A program made the position numbers and the translations under genes. The notes below the pieces were generated by a model. It worked only from the letters and a program-made list of their open reading frames with translations. It made no database searches and was not told the DNA's origin. From the NCBI GenBank assembly GCA_030141605.1, contig JAQGDQ010001294.1, forward strand, positions 1 through 49,158: a stretch of DNA of 49,158 bases, written 5' to 3'. Source of the DNA: Tubiluchus corallicola (Eukaryota; Animalia; Priapulida). Position 1 is the stretch's first letter; each line of letters begins with the position of its first letter. Below, one piece after another: positions 1 to 21,876 of the stretch.

Positions 1-281
1 CCAGTGGCTAGGTTCAATTTATTATTTCGAACAAGTAGTGGAAAATATCGTACGTATGTAAGGCGCACCATTGCATTACGCCATGTAATAAAGTTAAAAA
101 GGGAAGTGAATCATTTATGTTTTATTTCTAAAAAATTGAAAAAACACACCGCTTGATTTTTACTTTAAATGCGCGCGTTTATCACGGATGAGGTAATAAC
201 AACCAGTTCATTATTGATATTGTAATTTAAAGTCTTGTTTTTCAGCCTCGCTCTGTCTGAAAAACATGTCTTCTCTCTGCT

Positions 282-597
<316 letters not shown>

Positions 598-984
598 ATC
601 TGTCTGTCTATCTGCCTGTGTCTGCCTGTCCGCCGGTCTCTCTCTCTTCATTTTATCCCTCTGTTTCTTTTCTCTCTCTTTCTTCCCTTCTTTCTCTCTC
701 TTTATCCCCTTTCTCTCTCATTCATTTTGTTTCTTTTTTCTCTCTTTCTTTCTGCCTTTCTTCTCTTTCTCGTTTTTTCTGTTTTGCTCTTTTAATCTTT
801 GTCTGTGTCGTTCTCTTTCTCCCTTTCTTCTCTGCCTCACTCTTTTTCTTATTTTCTCGAGTTCCTTTTTTTCTTTGTCTCTCCTTGTTTCTTTTGCCTT
901 GTACTGTCTGTCTTATTCCTTCCTTCCTTCACATTCTGAAATAACATGAATGCTAATACACGTATTTATCTTTGTTGTTCACAG

Positions 985-10499
<9,515 letters not shown>

Positions 10500-11251
10500 A
10501 CTGCAATAATTAACGTTGCAAGGTTGGGCGCTGTTTTATAGGTTTACGCTACCCAGGAGAGCTGTAGAAATTATAAACATGATGGCAGCTTTAACTATTG
10601 CGGTAATTGTTAACTTTCACTAATTACTGTAGATCGCAAATGTCATAAAACTGTCCAACATGGCACCTTGCCCATCTTTATCCATTAAACGATTTTCGTT
10701 CATAGCATAAATGAAAGAACTCTTTTGAAACGGCACAGCACCTGTCGTACTGTCGTAAAGATTGCAAGCAACGGAAACTGCGATTTGTCCAAACCCAGAA
10801 ACTGGGCCGGTGTATTGGGACGGCGTGTCATAATTGCGGTATCATTGTTCATAAGACATAAATCAATGGAGAAAGATGCATTTCGTGAACTCTTTTCAAG
10901 TACTTTCTTGCGAGCACGTTGAGTATGTCAGCACTAACATTAGCAAGCGTGTTTAGGGATGTGATCATAATTTTGTTGCCATCGCGTTTGAAGGAATCGC
11001 TTCTCGTTATAGAGACTTAATTGCGTTATTATGTGATGCTTTTAGCTGTATAATTGCACGTTGTATAATTTGATGTATAAACAAAATATTAAATGTTGTT
11101 ACAAGTCAAATCCGTCGCCATGTTTTCTGTATTTTCTCACAATACTACCAGGTATTTCTAAAACACTTTTCCAACATGGTTTAAGCGGTTTAGTTGTTGC
11201 TACTTTAGAATAATATTGCTTATCCAACATCCTTCATAACTGGTTGCTGTA

Positions 11252-11723
<472 letters not shown>

Positions 11724-12987
11724 AAAATTAATCGTGAATTTCCTAACTAAATGTATGATTTGCAGCACGAGACTAATAGAATCTCAGTAATGACCTTAGA
11801 CTAGTAAGAAAATGTATCAACATAATTTTATTGTCTCGCTTAGCCAAAATACAGTAGTTTGCAGCATATCAGTATTTTATTTATTCCAGTCCTGCTGGGG
11901 TTATTTACTGCAATCTTAAGTAAGCTACGTTCATCTTTATCTTCTAGTTTTAATTTTTTGCTCCACAGTTTTTTCATGTTCTCTTCATTTGCAGTTACTG
12001 GCTTAAATGTACTATATTTAACTTTTATTTTGAGAAAGTTTGTGCAAAATAGTTTTTCTTTCACTCTTACACTTCAGATAGTGCTATGTCACTAGAACAA
12101 TGCACAAAATATTTATTACGTCGATTTCAAATAGCTGTAGCTTTGTTTTTGAAATATATTTTTTCATAAGAGGAGAATTATTTTGAACAAAACCCACAAC
12201 GCCTGTTATTTCGTACATTAAGCAACTTTGTGAGCAGCAACTTATTTTAATCTTCTGTGTGAAGCCATGAAGCCAGGGGTGCGCGAATCCCGCAATATGG
12301 TAATATTTACATTTTTCAGGATTTATCTTCATTAGCCGCGGCGTCATAAATCTTCTTCTGTTTTTGAATCGTTAACTGCAAGATTTTCTAGCAATTCTGA
12401 GTGTTCTTTTTCAACGATATCAGTTAACGAAACCACAGTGTCACCACTCACTGGTCTCTTTTAAAACTATGGATTAAAAATCTGGATATACAGGCGTCAA
12501 TTTGTTCATACATAAAATGACGTCAGGCACGGAGAACTCGTGTCGTCTACGCTGGCCATTCTTGTGGCGCCATCTACACAAAGAAAATATAAACATTTAA
12601 TTTCTCTGGTCAATGACCGTCTGGTAACTTTGAAGAAGCGCTCATGAGACTTCACGTTCATAGAGAACTGAGCTTTTTAGCGACGTTGTTAAATCGTTGT
12701 TTGCAACTGTTTCAAAACTTGAACTCAAATCATAAGAAGGTAACATAAAAGAGTATTTTACTGCTTGTGAACATGGCCTGCTTTCAAAGACAAATCCGCA
12801 CACTGATTGCTCGACCAGTTTATCGCCTACAATTTACGTTGCAGCTGTTGTAGACATTGGACAGACAGAAATCCGATGTGAAAGGCAACAGCCGTTAGAA
12901 CCTCAAGACAGGTACATATAGTAGTTACTCCTGCAAACAGTGTAGACAATGATGTGCCAATGGCCCATCTGTGTAATCAATGCATAA

Positions 12988-13132
12988 TCAAAACCATTCT
13001 CCCTGGTTGTGAAAACCGTCGTCGTCATAACTTGTATCCATGGCATCGTTGATGTATGACTTCGTGTAGTACCACTCCTCTTTACTCTTCTCATTTTCGG
13101 TTTGTGTTCGTTTTCCCGTTCCGCTTTGTTTT
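12988..13132 (-). CDS. SLC22 exon 12 (C-terminal tail)
   Basis: Phase-2 acceptor ctttgcag; [15 protein letters not shown]...GEWF then TGA; the tail has no conserved motif to confirm it. Confidence 0.65.
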
Positions 13133-13706
13133 CTGCAAAGATAATGACTGTGTTGATAATAACCTGTCAAATTTCGTAGGACAAATTAAGTTATTTAACT
13201 GCAAAAGGTTAATTTTCCATGGTCGCACGCGGTTGTTTTCGTATTGTATTGAAACCTTCTGTTCACCAAAAATAAACAATTAAATTTCGAGTGCAATTTG
13301 TCATAGTAATGAAGTACTACCACGGTACGACGTAGTATTACATAGCAATGTCGTACTATAGTAGTCAAAAGAAAATGTTTTGCAAGAGGCAAATACTTAC
13401 TTTCCAAACTGTTCGCCTTCAGCTAGAGTTTCTGGAAGTGCTTTCCCTTTTGTTTCCGGAAGTATAAATGCCAAACTACCGCCTACGATACCCATACAAC
13501 CCATAATTAACATGTCGGCGTATTTAGCTACACTGTTCTGAAAATATAATTTTTAGAGGTACCAGCGATCACATGTTTTAATTGGAAGTAATGAGTCGTA
13601 GGAAAATTGAGTTATAGGCAGGGCCTTTTTCAAGGGGGGGAAGTGGGGATACTTCCCCGGGGCCTCGCGCCAAGGTAACATTTTTTTGCTTTATGCGAAC
13701 CTACCG

Positions 13707-13777
<71 letters not shown>

Positions 13778-16700
13778 CGCACGCCGTTTGCCAGTATTGA
13801 CAAGTATTAAGGACTGGTCTTGAGAATAAAGCAGTTTTTCTTTCAATTGTTCTTTCCTTTAACAACTGTATAACTCCATATTTTCTCTTCCAAAATGCTT
13901 CTCCGGCGTTTTAGCAGTTCAAAAATTTTACCGATGGGGTCTCACACGCCCCATTTCCCCGGGCCTCGCCTAGGCTGAAATAGGCCCTTGGTTATAGGTA
14001 ATTGCAGGAAAGAAATCTCATTTCCCTACCAGTGAGATAATCTGTGGCGCAAGAATTCCTCCCACTCTGGCGCACATGGAACACATTCCTAGTCCAGTAT
14101 TTCGTATCACTGTTGGATATAACTCGATGCTGAAGTTGTAAGCTATTGCAAAAGATCCAGCCAAGCACATCTTGCCAATTAGAGCAAGAGTTGTGGACAG
14201 CCATCCAATATCTTCTAGAAAAAATAAAATTGCTTTTATATTTTGTTAAAACGAACATCTTTGTGTATAGGCCTATACGGCGTAGTTTTTAATTTTGTAA
14301 ACATATGTTATTATTTTTACCAAGATTGCGAGCAATTATTATCGTATTACCAGCAGTACAAAAAACACTGTTAATAAGTGAAGTAATGGTGAAATGAATT
14401 ATTGAACGAATTAATAAACGAACGAATAAATAAATGTACAAATGGATGAACGATTGAAAACAAGTGAATGAAGGAATAAGTATATATATATATATATAAA
14501 TTCTTTATTTGTCATTAAAATGGCTCGCTCATTATAATAAAATTGAGTAATCCTCAGCGTAATGTTAAAATAACAACACTGTTCAAGACAAATGCGTCCA
14601 GTGCATACTAAAAAAAACTAAAGTGTAAAACTAAAGCCTAATTATATACAATAAATGAACATATTTACAAACACAATATTAAAATATTTTTACAAAACAA
14701 TATTACAAAAAAAACATTAAATTTTGCAAGACATATTTTACACTATATATACATTTAACATGACACAATTAACAGAAACATGTTTTACATTACATAATTT
14801 TTTTTTAATTTTACATTTTTAATCGTTTTATGGAGTTAGGGGCGGGGGTAGATGAAAATTGAGTCTGTGTAATCAAACAAACGAATCAACAAACGAACAA
14901 ATGATTGAACGAACATACAAACAAAAATAAACAAATAAAAATTGCTCTGATAGGAAAAAGAAAAAACAAAAGAAAATAAAAAGAGAAATAAATAAACAGC
15001 AAACCATTACCGTTTGTCACGAAACCTGCACCAACGCAGGCAGCTCCACCTATTATCATGGACAGAGCAAGAGACAACCTTCGTCCAATACATTCCATTC
15101 CTAAGAAGCATAACGCATATCCTAAACATAAAATTAGGTCGATTTTTACTTCAATTAAAAATACATTAAAAATGATACAGCGTAGATAAAGATGAAGAAA
15201 GCTTATAAACAGAAACTTATAAACGCTCTGTTAAAGCAAACTGGTAGAAAATGTAATTCAACAGTTTAGTCAAAATTAAGTCTTCAACTAACCTGGTATT
15301 TCTACGGCTCCTAACAACACAAAATTAAGATAGATATCACCCACCAAGTCTGCAGCATTAAGTGAAAGACCATAGTATGTTAAACTTGAAACAAACCTTG
15401 AAAAAAACGTATTGACACATATTACTAAAAGTATGTAACAATTGTTTCTAAAGTTTCTAAATTGTTGTTGTTGTTGTTGCTGCTGTTGCTGTTATTGTTG
15501 TTAAGGTAAATCATTATAATTATTAGCACCTCATTGTAAAAATTGATTTTTTTCTTTGTTTAAGTGGGTTCGTTTGGCTCTGTAAAGTGTGGAAAAGTGG
15601 GTACCATTTTCTAATGACTTTTTACTGAAAATTCAGGGTTTTTTTTGAAAATTAAGTAGGTCGTTCAAAAGCGTCTTCATATTGTATATATTGTATATTG
15701 CGTATAACCGTGTATCAACATTTATGCCACATTCAGTTCCAAAGCCACTTTTTCTAGGTAAATTACAATCACAAATGAATTTTTGATACTTTTGACTTTA
15801 AAATTACACTTGATTATCAGATTCTAGTTAATAATTACGTCAAGAAGGCCAAAGTGCTATGGCACATGTATAGCACTTATTTGGTGTTTTTTGTTCCGTT
15901 GCTTGAAAATAATGACAAATAATGCCAGTTGACACTCAATGACCGTGTCCTCCTCATTAACCAATGAACAAGTATAATCTTTTATATTATTGCAATAATT
16001 ACATTTACATAGAGCAATGGAGCGTAGTTTTTTTCAGAGCAATGGAGCGTAGTTTTTTTCATGTATGAGCATTTAACGTCGGAGCATTGCCCTTTATTTC
16101 CACATTTAACCAGCTCGATGGCATCTTCTGGAGTTGGCAATTTCACACATCAGATAGGGACAAAAGAGTCGCAGTTTGCTCTTTCCTTGCCGTTTCCTAG
16201 CAGGGGCCTGGGGTATGAAGTTTTATTTTGAAGTTTCTCGTAGCATCGACATATGGTACCGATTATGTACGTCCTCTGTATATGGGGGTTACAAAGTTTT
16301 CATTTCTAGGTTTTCTAATTTTGTTCATTGTAAGTGATTGTTTATCTAACGTAGTAGAGACAATTAAGACTATAATGACAATGTCGTGCAATTTGGTTTC
16401 TAAACGCGAAACATGTTATAAGAACAATTTCTTTAAAATATCGTAAAGCAACATAATAGCAAGCAATTCGCTACACACAAAGACTTTTGGAATTAAGAAA
16501 CAGAAAACGGAAACAGGCTTATGAAACATGCGCGGATGCTTTGCATTGATCATTTTAGTTTGTACAAGTAGTGAGATCTGACGAATAACTTTGGGTTACA
16601 TCATTGTAAATGATTCTAAACATACTAAAAAATTTAAACATATTAAATATAATGAAAGAATACTTATTTCCCTTTTTCGAAGGAAATTGTGTATGCAGTA

Positions 16701-18072
16701 TTCCGGTTCCAACCATTCTAAAGCTTCCGCTTGATACAACGAAAATACGTGTATCATCATAAAAGGGCACAAAAATATTCATAATAGAGACGTGAAAGTA
16801 CCAATTTTAGAAGTACAAGTTTTATAATTTTTTTGGGCGTTGTATAGCAACACTCATCTCTAACCAAACTTTTTATTGTACAGCCTACTGGTATCCGCAA
16901 TCTCCGACAGCCAGCCAGACAGAGGTCCTTTCGTTCAGTAAAACCAACTGTAGATCTGCATTCGGCAGGCAAAAACCTCGTCTTGCAATATTTAGGATCA
17001 CGTGCTTCATATTACATACAATGTGCTGCATTTTGGATCTCCAGAAAAACGTATAAATGGCCCATCTGGACAAGTAGACCCATCCGCACAGATAGAACAA
17101 GTTCATATTTGTATTCAGCATTATAAAATATCCCATTCCAGTAATTTCCAGATTTGTACAACAAATATTAAGGCGTGTCCTACTTCCGGACCCAAATGCC
17201 CTAACGGGCCTAACCAGTGGTACATTTGTATTCAGCAATATATAATACCCTTTCCTGTGTTTTTCAGGTATGCGTATATAGTCAACAGTGGGGCATTTAT
17301 CTAATATGGGCCAGATTCAAGATGGTGCCACAAACGGCCTCTAAATGGCTTCTAAAAATGGCACCCAAGTTTTTGGACCGACTTAACTTTAACAAAAATT
17401 AGTAAGGACCAACACTATTACTTTTGTAATATAAAAAATTGTAGCTAAAATCCTTACCATACGAAAAACAAGATCAAAGACCTCATTAGAATATTAGGGG
17501 TACGAAACAAGTCAATGACAGTATGTTTAACATTTGGCTCTCTTTCATGTTCCTGTAGAACAAAAAGCATAATCATTTCTCAAAGTAGTCAAAAGAAAAC
17601 AGGAAGTTGTGCAACTAAACAATTGCAAGAAGTGCTTGAAGTACAAGTCTATCTAAAGAGGAATAATACTTATCACCTTTTGTGGAACAATTTAAATGTG
17701 CTAATTGTGGAAACTAAATGCAGTTGTTATTTCTTACACAAAACCTATTAGAAAAAAATGAACAAAGGTCCTCATTTGCTGTAGGACAAACATAGACGCT
17801 ACAAGCAAATTAACATGTAGTAATTATTTGAACTGACAGATGTGGTCGTGAGATTCGAACTCAACCACCTTTAGCAATCAAAGCTACCCAAATTATTAAA
17901 CTGATAAGTCACTTGCCGTAATGAACACGTGATCCGGAAGGTATATTTTGTTCACTTTTCCTGCCTTCCTAACAATCTTTTCTGCTTTCGTGTACTTTTT
18001 GTTTGCTACAAGCCAGCGGATTGACTCTGGTAATAGCCTAAAAGAATGTTAATGTTAATATGTTAATGTTGC

Positions 18073-18104
<32 letters not shown>

Positions 18105-20126
18105 TGTTGATGTTGGTTTGAAAAGTTTAAAAAAATACGATTTTTGATATCTATGCACAGTATGAATGTAAGCGTAATATTGCAATATATTAAAATGAAT
18201 ACTTGTACATGCCACAGGTAACAAAGGAAACCAGCTCCAGGGAGGGTAATAGCAAGCTGAAGCCACATCCAGTCTCTGATGAAATAGGCCAGCAATCCAT
18301 CCAGCATGAAGCCCACTGCAAAAAATGCTTGTGCACCAACACCACATGGGGTCCTAGCTTTGTTACCAACCATTTCTAAGGCTGAAAACAAAAACGCCAG
18401 CTTATAAGAAACATTCCTCATTCTGGCGAGCTACTTCTAAACTGCGTATAAGTGCAGAAGTTGACTCAGTAAAATGTTTTTACCTAGAACAAATAGAGCC
18501 AGGTAGACGCCCATAGTAGAAGCTCCGACCAGAAACCTGGTAATGGTGAAACTGATGTATTCTGGCATGAAGGCGCAAAGTATGCCAAATATCAATAAAA
18601 GAACCAAACATAAATAATGTACCGTCAGTCTGCCAATCCTGAAAAGGAAAATTGAATAATGCGTAGTAGTTATCATGTGTAATAGTAAATTTATCGTGAC
18701 CACTGTCTAAGTCAGTGTTTTGTGAGTTTTTCGGCTTTTCGAACTCATTCATGTCTTTTTTCAAATCATCAATTACACAAAGTCACCCAATAAGGAATTC
18801 ATATTTGGTTTGGAAGGTTTCTGAAGGCTCCGTTGGGTTTTCAGAATTTAATTCAAAAAAGTTCAGAGAGTTTTTGGAATAACTTACTGTTTTGATTGTG
18901 GTTTACCTGTCTGAAAGTTCTCCAAATATGACAGAACCAACTAGAATGCCCGCCATATACATTGAAGAAGCAAGTGCCACCTTGTATTCGTCATCGCACA
19001 CTAAGTCAAACTGAAAAATGACATTATCAATCGTAGCGTTCAAGTGAAATAATTGTTGGTCTTTTTTGTCGATTAAGTTTTGAAGTTGTCTTCAGACATG
19101 AATAGCAGGGTCAGCATCTCAGTGCTCAGCTGAAAAATTGTTTGTCTTTTTTTGGTTTATGCCTGTAAATTTTCCATAGTGTATCTAGCAGGTGTTAGAT
19201 GAAAAAACAATAATGTCTGCGCTGTGTAAAAAAGGTGGCAATAGGAACTGCCATATTCGATTTACTTACGTCACTAACAATAGTAGAAGCATATTGTGAG
19301 TCATCGTAAACCCAACCATTGTCACATGCAATAGTCTGTGTTTCATTGTTCCAGGCTGGACTTACATACCGTCGACATGAGTCATAATCACCCACTTCAG
19401 AATTCCATGGAATTGCTTGAGAAAAATTTATTGCTGAGTACTGTGGGTTAGTTTCGTCATCTAAACCTGGTACGAAGCATCTACCAAACAAACAAGATTG
19501 GCTTCAGGCTTTAGTACGTTGCTAGTAATAAGTCTTTTAACAGTTTTGTTGTACACTCGCGCAGTTGCTGTAAGTCAATGGTTAAGTGGACCACACCAAC
19601 GCGCCTTAGCTACAATCGTCACGTGACAGGTGGGAAAAGCAAAGCCCAGTTCAGTAACATCAGTTGTTTTAGGTGGGCTTTACTTAATTACGCATTAGTC
19701 TCTGTGTAAAGAGATTTACTAGCAGGATCTTGCTTGGGAACAAGAAAAAATGAACTAGGTAAGGTTATAGCTAGCTGTTAAAACTGTTACTATTACAATA
19801 GTACGGGCTGCGAGGTGTCAAGTGTGCACAAATGCGTTGTCTGCTACACTTAACCCTTGACCTTCTTACGATCATCGTCAATCGCTGGAATCGGAAAAGG
19901 CTTATTACCTCGCAAGTTCATTGCAAACTATTGCTTGGCATTGATTAGAAACAAGATCAACCATTCAACCGAACGTAAAACGTATACTTTGCTTTATTAA
20001 CTCATCGTCCTATAAACTCTAGTAACGCTTGAAGCAAAACTCTACAAACTCTTTGCATGCATGGTGTTTACCTGTGGTATATTAATTGCTGTAACATTAT
20101 TATCAACATCATTAAGCAAAATTTAA

Positions 20127-20210
<84 letters not shown>

Positions 20211-21038
20211 ATTTTATTTAAATCTCTGGTACTCCCGCTTTTTTCTTTCTCACTCCTCTACCTCTCCGAAAGTAGCAAAATTACGTGTTACTGCCATTTC
20301 TGATTTGTTTTAATAGTTTTATCGTAAATATAAGATGTTCTTCTGTAGCGACGTGTCGTAAACTGTTACAATAAGTTTCGATTTTTTCTAGTTACTTGTA
20401 CTACACCATTATAGTAAAGAGAAGGTATTTCAAACTGATGATTCAAGATTAAATTATTGTCTTAGCTAGAAGCCGAGTTAGGTGAGGCACATCACGCTAC
20501 GATCAGCTGATGTTTGACCCACTTAAGAGGATGGGTCACGATTATAGATTTGATGACGCAGCTCCTATGCGCCGAGGTTCAGTGCCCATTAGGAAACTAA
20601 ACAAAAGGAGTTGGAGCCGGCAACTCAGGGCTGATTAGGGAGCTGATCCGGAGACTGGGGACTAGCCTGTGTTTCTCGCTATTTATACTTGTATCTTGTG
20701 TTTAACAAATGCACAATTTTATAAATAAAGATTTGCTAGTTTGCTATGCCCTTTCGGCTGTTCACAACGCAACACATCACGAGCCGCACAGCCACAACAG
20801 CAGTAAACAAAAATAAATAGCAGTTATAAACTATTAAAAACTAATAATTTTACTGTTATGACACTAAACCGATTTTATCTATATGAACTTACCGGTGTTT
20901 CGGAACTCCGGCGAGAAAGACATAAACGAGGTTATGAGTTCCAATCCAGACAGACGGCCCTTGGAGAGTGAAATACACAAATCTCTGATAAATGCCAAAC
21001 TCACCTAAATACTGAATAGCTGTATCTAAATTTACCAT
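12988..21038 (-). CDS. SLC22: SLC22-family (MFS) organic cation/anion transporter, complete, 560 aa; complement(join(20893..21038,19270..19480,18907..19010,18484..18638,18213..18381,17917..18037,17458..17552,15293..15396,15011..15121,14030..14214,13401..13537,12988..13132))
   Basis: 12 phase-consistent exons totalling 1683 nt. Motifs: LGEFGIYQ, Cys-containing extracellular loop with [67 protein letters not shown]. The symbol is family-level only. Confidence 0.93.
13401..13537 (-). CDS. SLC22 exon 11
   Basis: [45 protein letters not shown]. Confidence 0.92.
13619..13990. mobile_element. Non-autonomous DNA transposon (hAT-like MITE) in SLC22 intron 10, with internal (CT)n at about 13710-13773
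   Basis: Imperfect TIRs cagggcctttttca / tgaaataggcccttg; perfect 8-bp TSD GTTATAGG at 13611-13618 and 13991-13998. Confidence 0.85.
14030..14214 (-). CDS. SLC22 exon 10
   Basis: [53 protein letters not shown]. Confidence 0.92.
15011..15121 (-). CDS. SLC22 exon 9
   Basis: [36 protein letters not shown]. Confidence 0.9.
15293..15396 (-). CDS. SLC22 exon 8
   Basis: [34 protein letters not shown]. Confidence 0.9.
17458..17552 (-). CDS. SLC22 exon 7
   Basis: [31 protein letters not shown](W); donor gtaagg. Confidence 0.9.
17917..18037 (-). CDS. SLC22 exon 6 (probable GC donor)
   Basis: [40 protein letters not shown]|gcaagt. Confidence 0.85.
18213..18381 (-). CDS. SLC22 exon 5 (probable GC donor)
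   Basis: [10 protein letters not shown]...[15 protein letters not shown]...CYL(W); phase-2 end TG|gcatgt. Confidence 0.85.
18484..18638 (-). CDS. SLC22 exon 4
   Basis: IGRLTVHYL...[18 protein letters not shown]; 155 nt. Confidence 0.92.
18907..19010 (-). CDS. SLC22 exon 3
   Basis: [34 protein letters not shown](R); 104 nt. Confidence 0.92.
19270..19480 (-). CDS. SLC22 exon 2 (extracellular loop)
   Basis: CFVPG...SCRRY...CDNGWVYD...STIVSD; tag acceptor, gtaagt donor. Confidence 0.9.
19526..19907. mobile_element. MITE, about 380 bp, in SLC22 intron 1; same family as 43466-43860
   Basis: TIRs taataagtctttt / aaaaggcttatta; colinear reverse-complement similarity to 43466-43860. Confidence 0.75.
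20132..20206. repeat. (CT)n microsatellite
   Basis: Seen directly. Confidence 0.97.
20344..20774 (+). mobile_element. Candidate solo LTR
   Basis: Ends TGTAGCG...CGCAACA (TG..CA, 6/7 inverted match), AATAAA about 50 nt before the end, GC-richer interior; flanks cttc/catc match only 3/4. Confidence 0.45.
20893..21038 (-). CDS. SLC22 exon 1
   Basis: [18 protein letters not shown]...VPKH(R); in-frame stop upstream; donor gtaagt. Confidence 0.88.
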
Positions 21039-21449
21039 TTTCACGGCATTTCTAGGTGCAAAAACAAGTTCATCTTCCTCTTCTTCCAAAATGATTTTAG
21101 ATTAAGTTCAACGATGACTAACGTTTAATGCTGGTGAATTGCTGTATGTTCTCTATATTTTAATATTGCATATCGCAGCTTAGCTGAGTTTGTTTGTCCG
21201 GCACAGAATAGTCCGCATACTTTGTAGTATATCTCAAATTTTAGATATACCTGCATTAATTACTACAATGTCTAAGGTCAGGTTACATAGTCAACACGAA
21301 GTATGCGTATTGCAAATAAAGATTTGGCATGAAAGCTAAAATAGATTTGAAAACTCGAGGTGCAGAAATGCATGCCATTGAATTATCTGGAGAAAATCGC
21401 AACTGATTTCTGGATCTGTGCACATTCTGCATATACCAAGAGATGTCTG

Positions 21450-21876
21450 CAGGGGCGTATTAACCAATAGGCTAACTAATAGGCTATAACATAAGGCGCC
21501 AACGTTTGAGCTGCCTCACATTTTAGAAAAAATTCTTATTCTCCTAGGAAAATTTGTATACTTTCATATTCATGTAAATGGCGCATTTTATAACACACCA
21601 CAGGCAGCTACTAAGCGCATTTTCTATATAAGTGCCGCATAACGAACAGGTGCAAGGCATTACAAAACAAACAGTTGCGAGGCTTGCATAAATATAGCTC
21701 TAATGCAAATACATGTAATTAATAATGACCACGTAGAAACTATGTCAATAGCATTTGTAATACACCACAAGTAATCGGTTGACCTGCTGATTGCATAAAC
21801 AACCATAAATTCACAATAAAGACAGGCGGGACAAAACTATCAGCCTAGGGCGTTGTAAGATCTTGATACGCCCCTG
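21450..21876. mobile_element. Non-autonomous hAT-like MITE about 410 bp upstream of the SLC22 start codon
   Basis: TIRs caggggcgtattaa / ttgatacgcccctg (13/14); perfect 8-bp TSD GATGTCTG at 21442-21449 and 21877-21884. Confidence 0.9.

Noticed and set aside
21039-21089. N-terminal extension of SLC22 from the TTG at 21089
   Set aside because: Non-ATG start call of the ORF finder; the first ATG at 21038 gives a normal SLC22 N-terminus.
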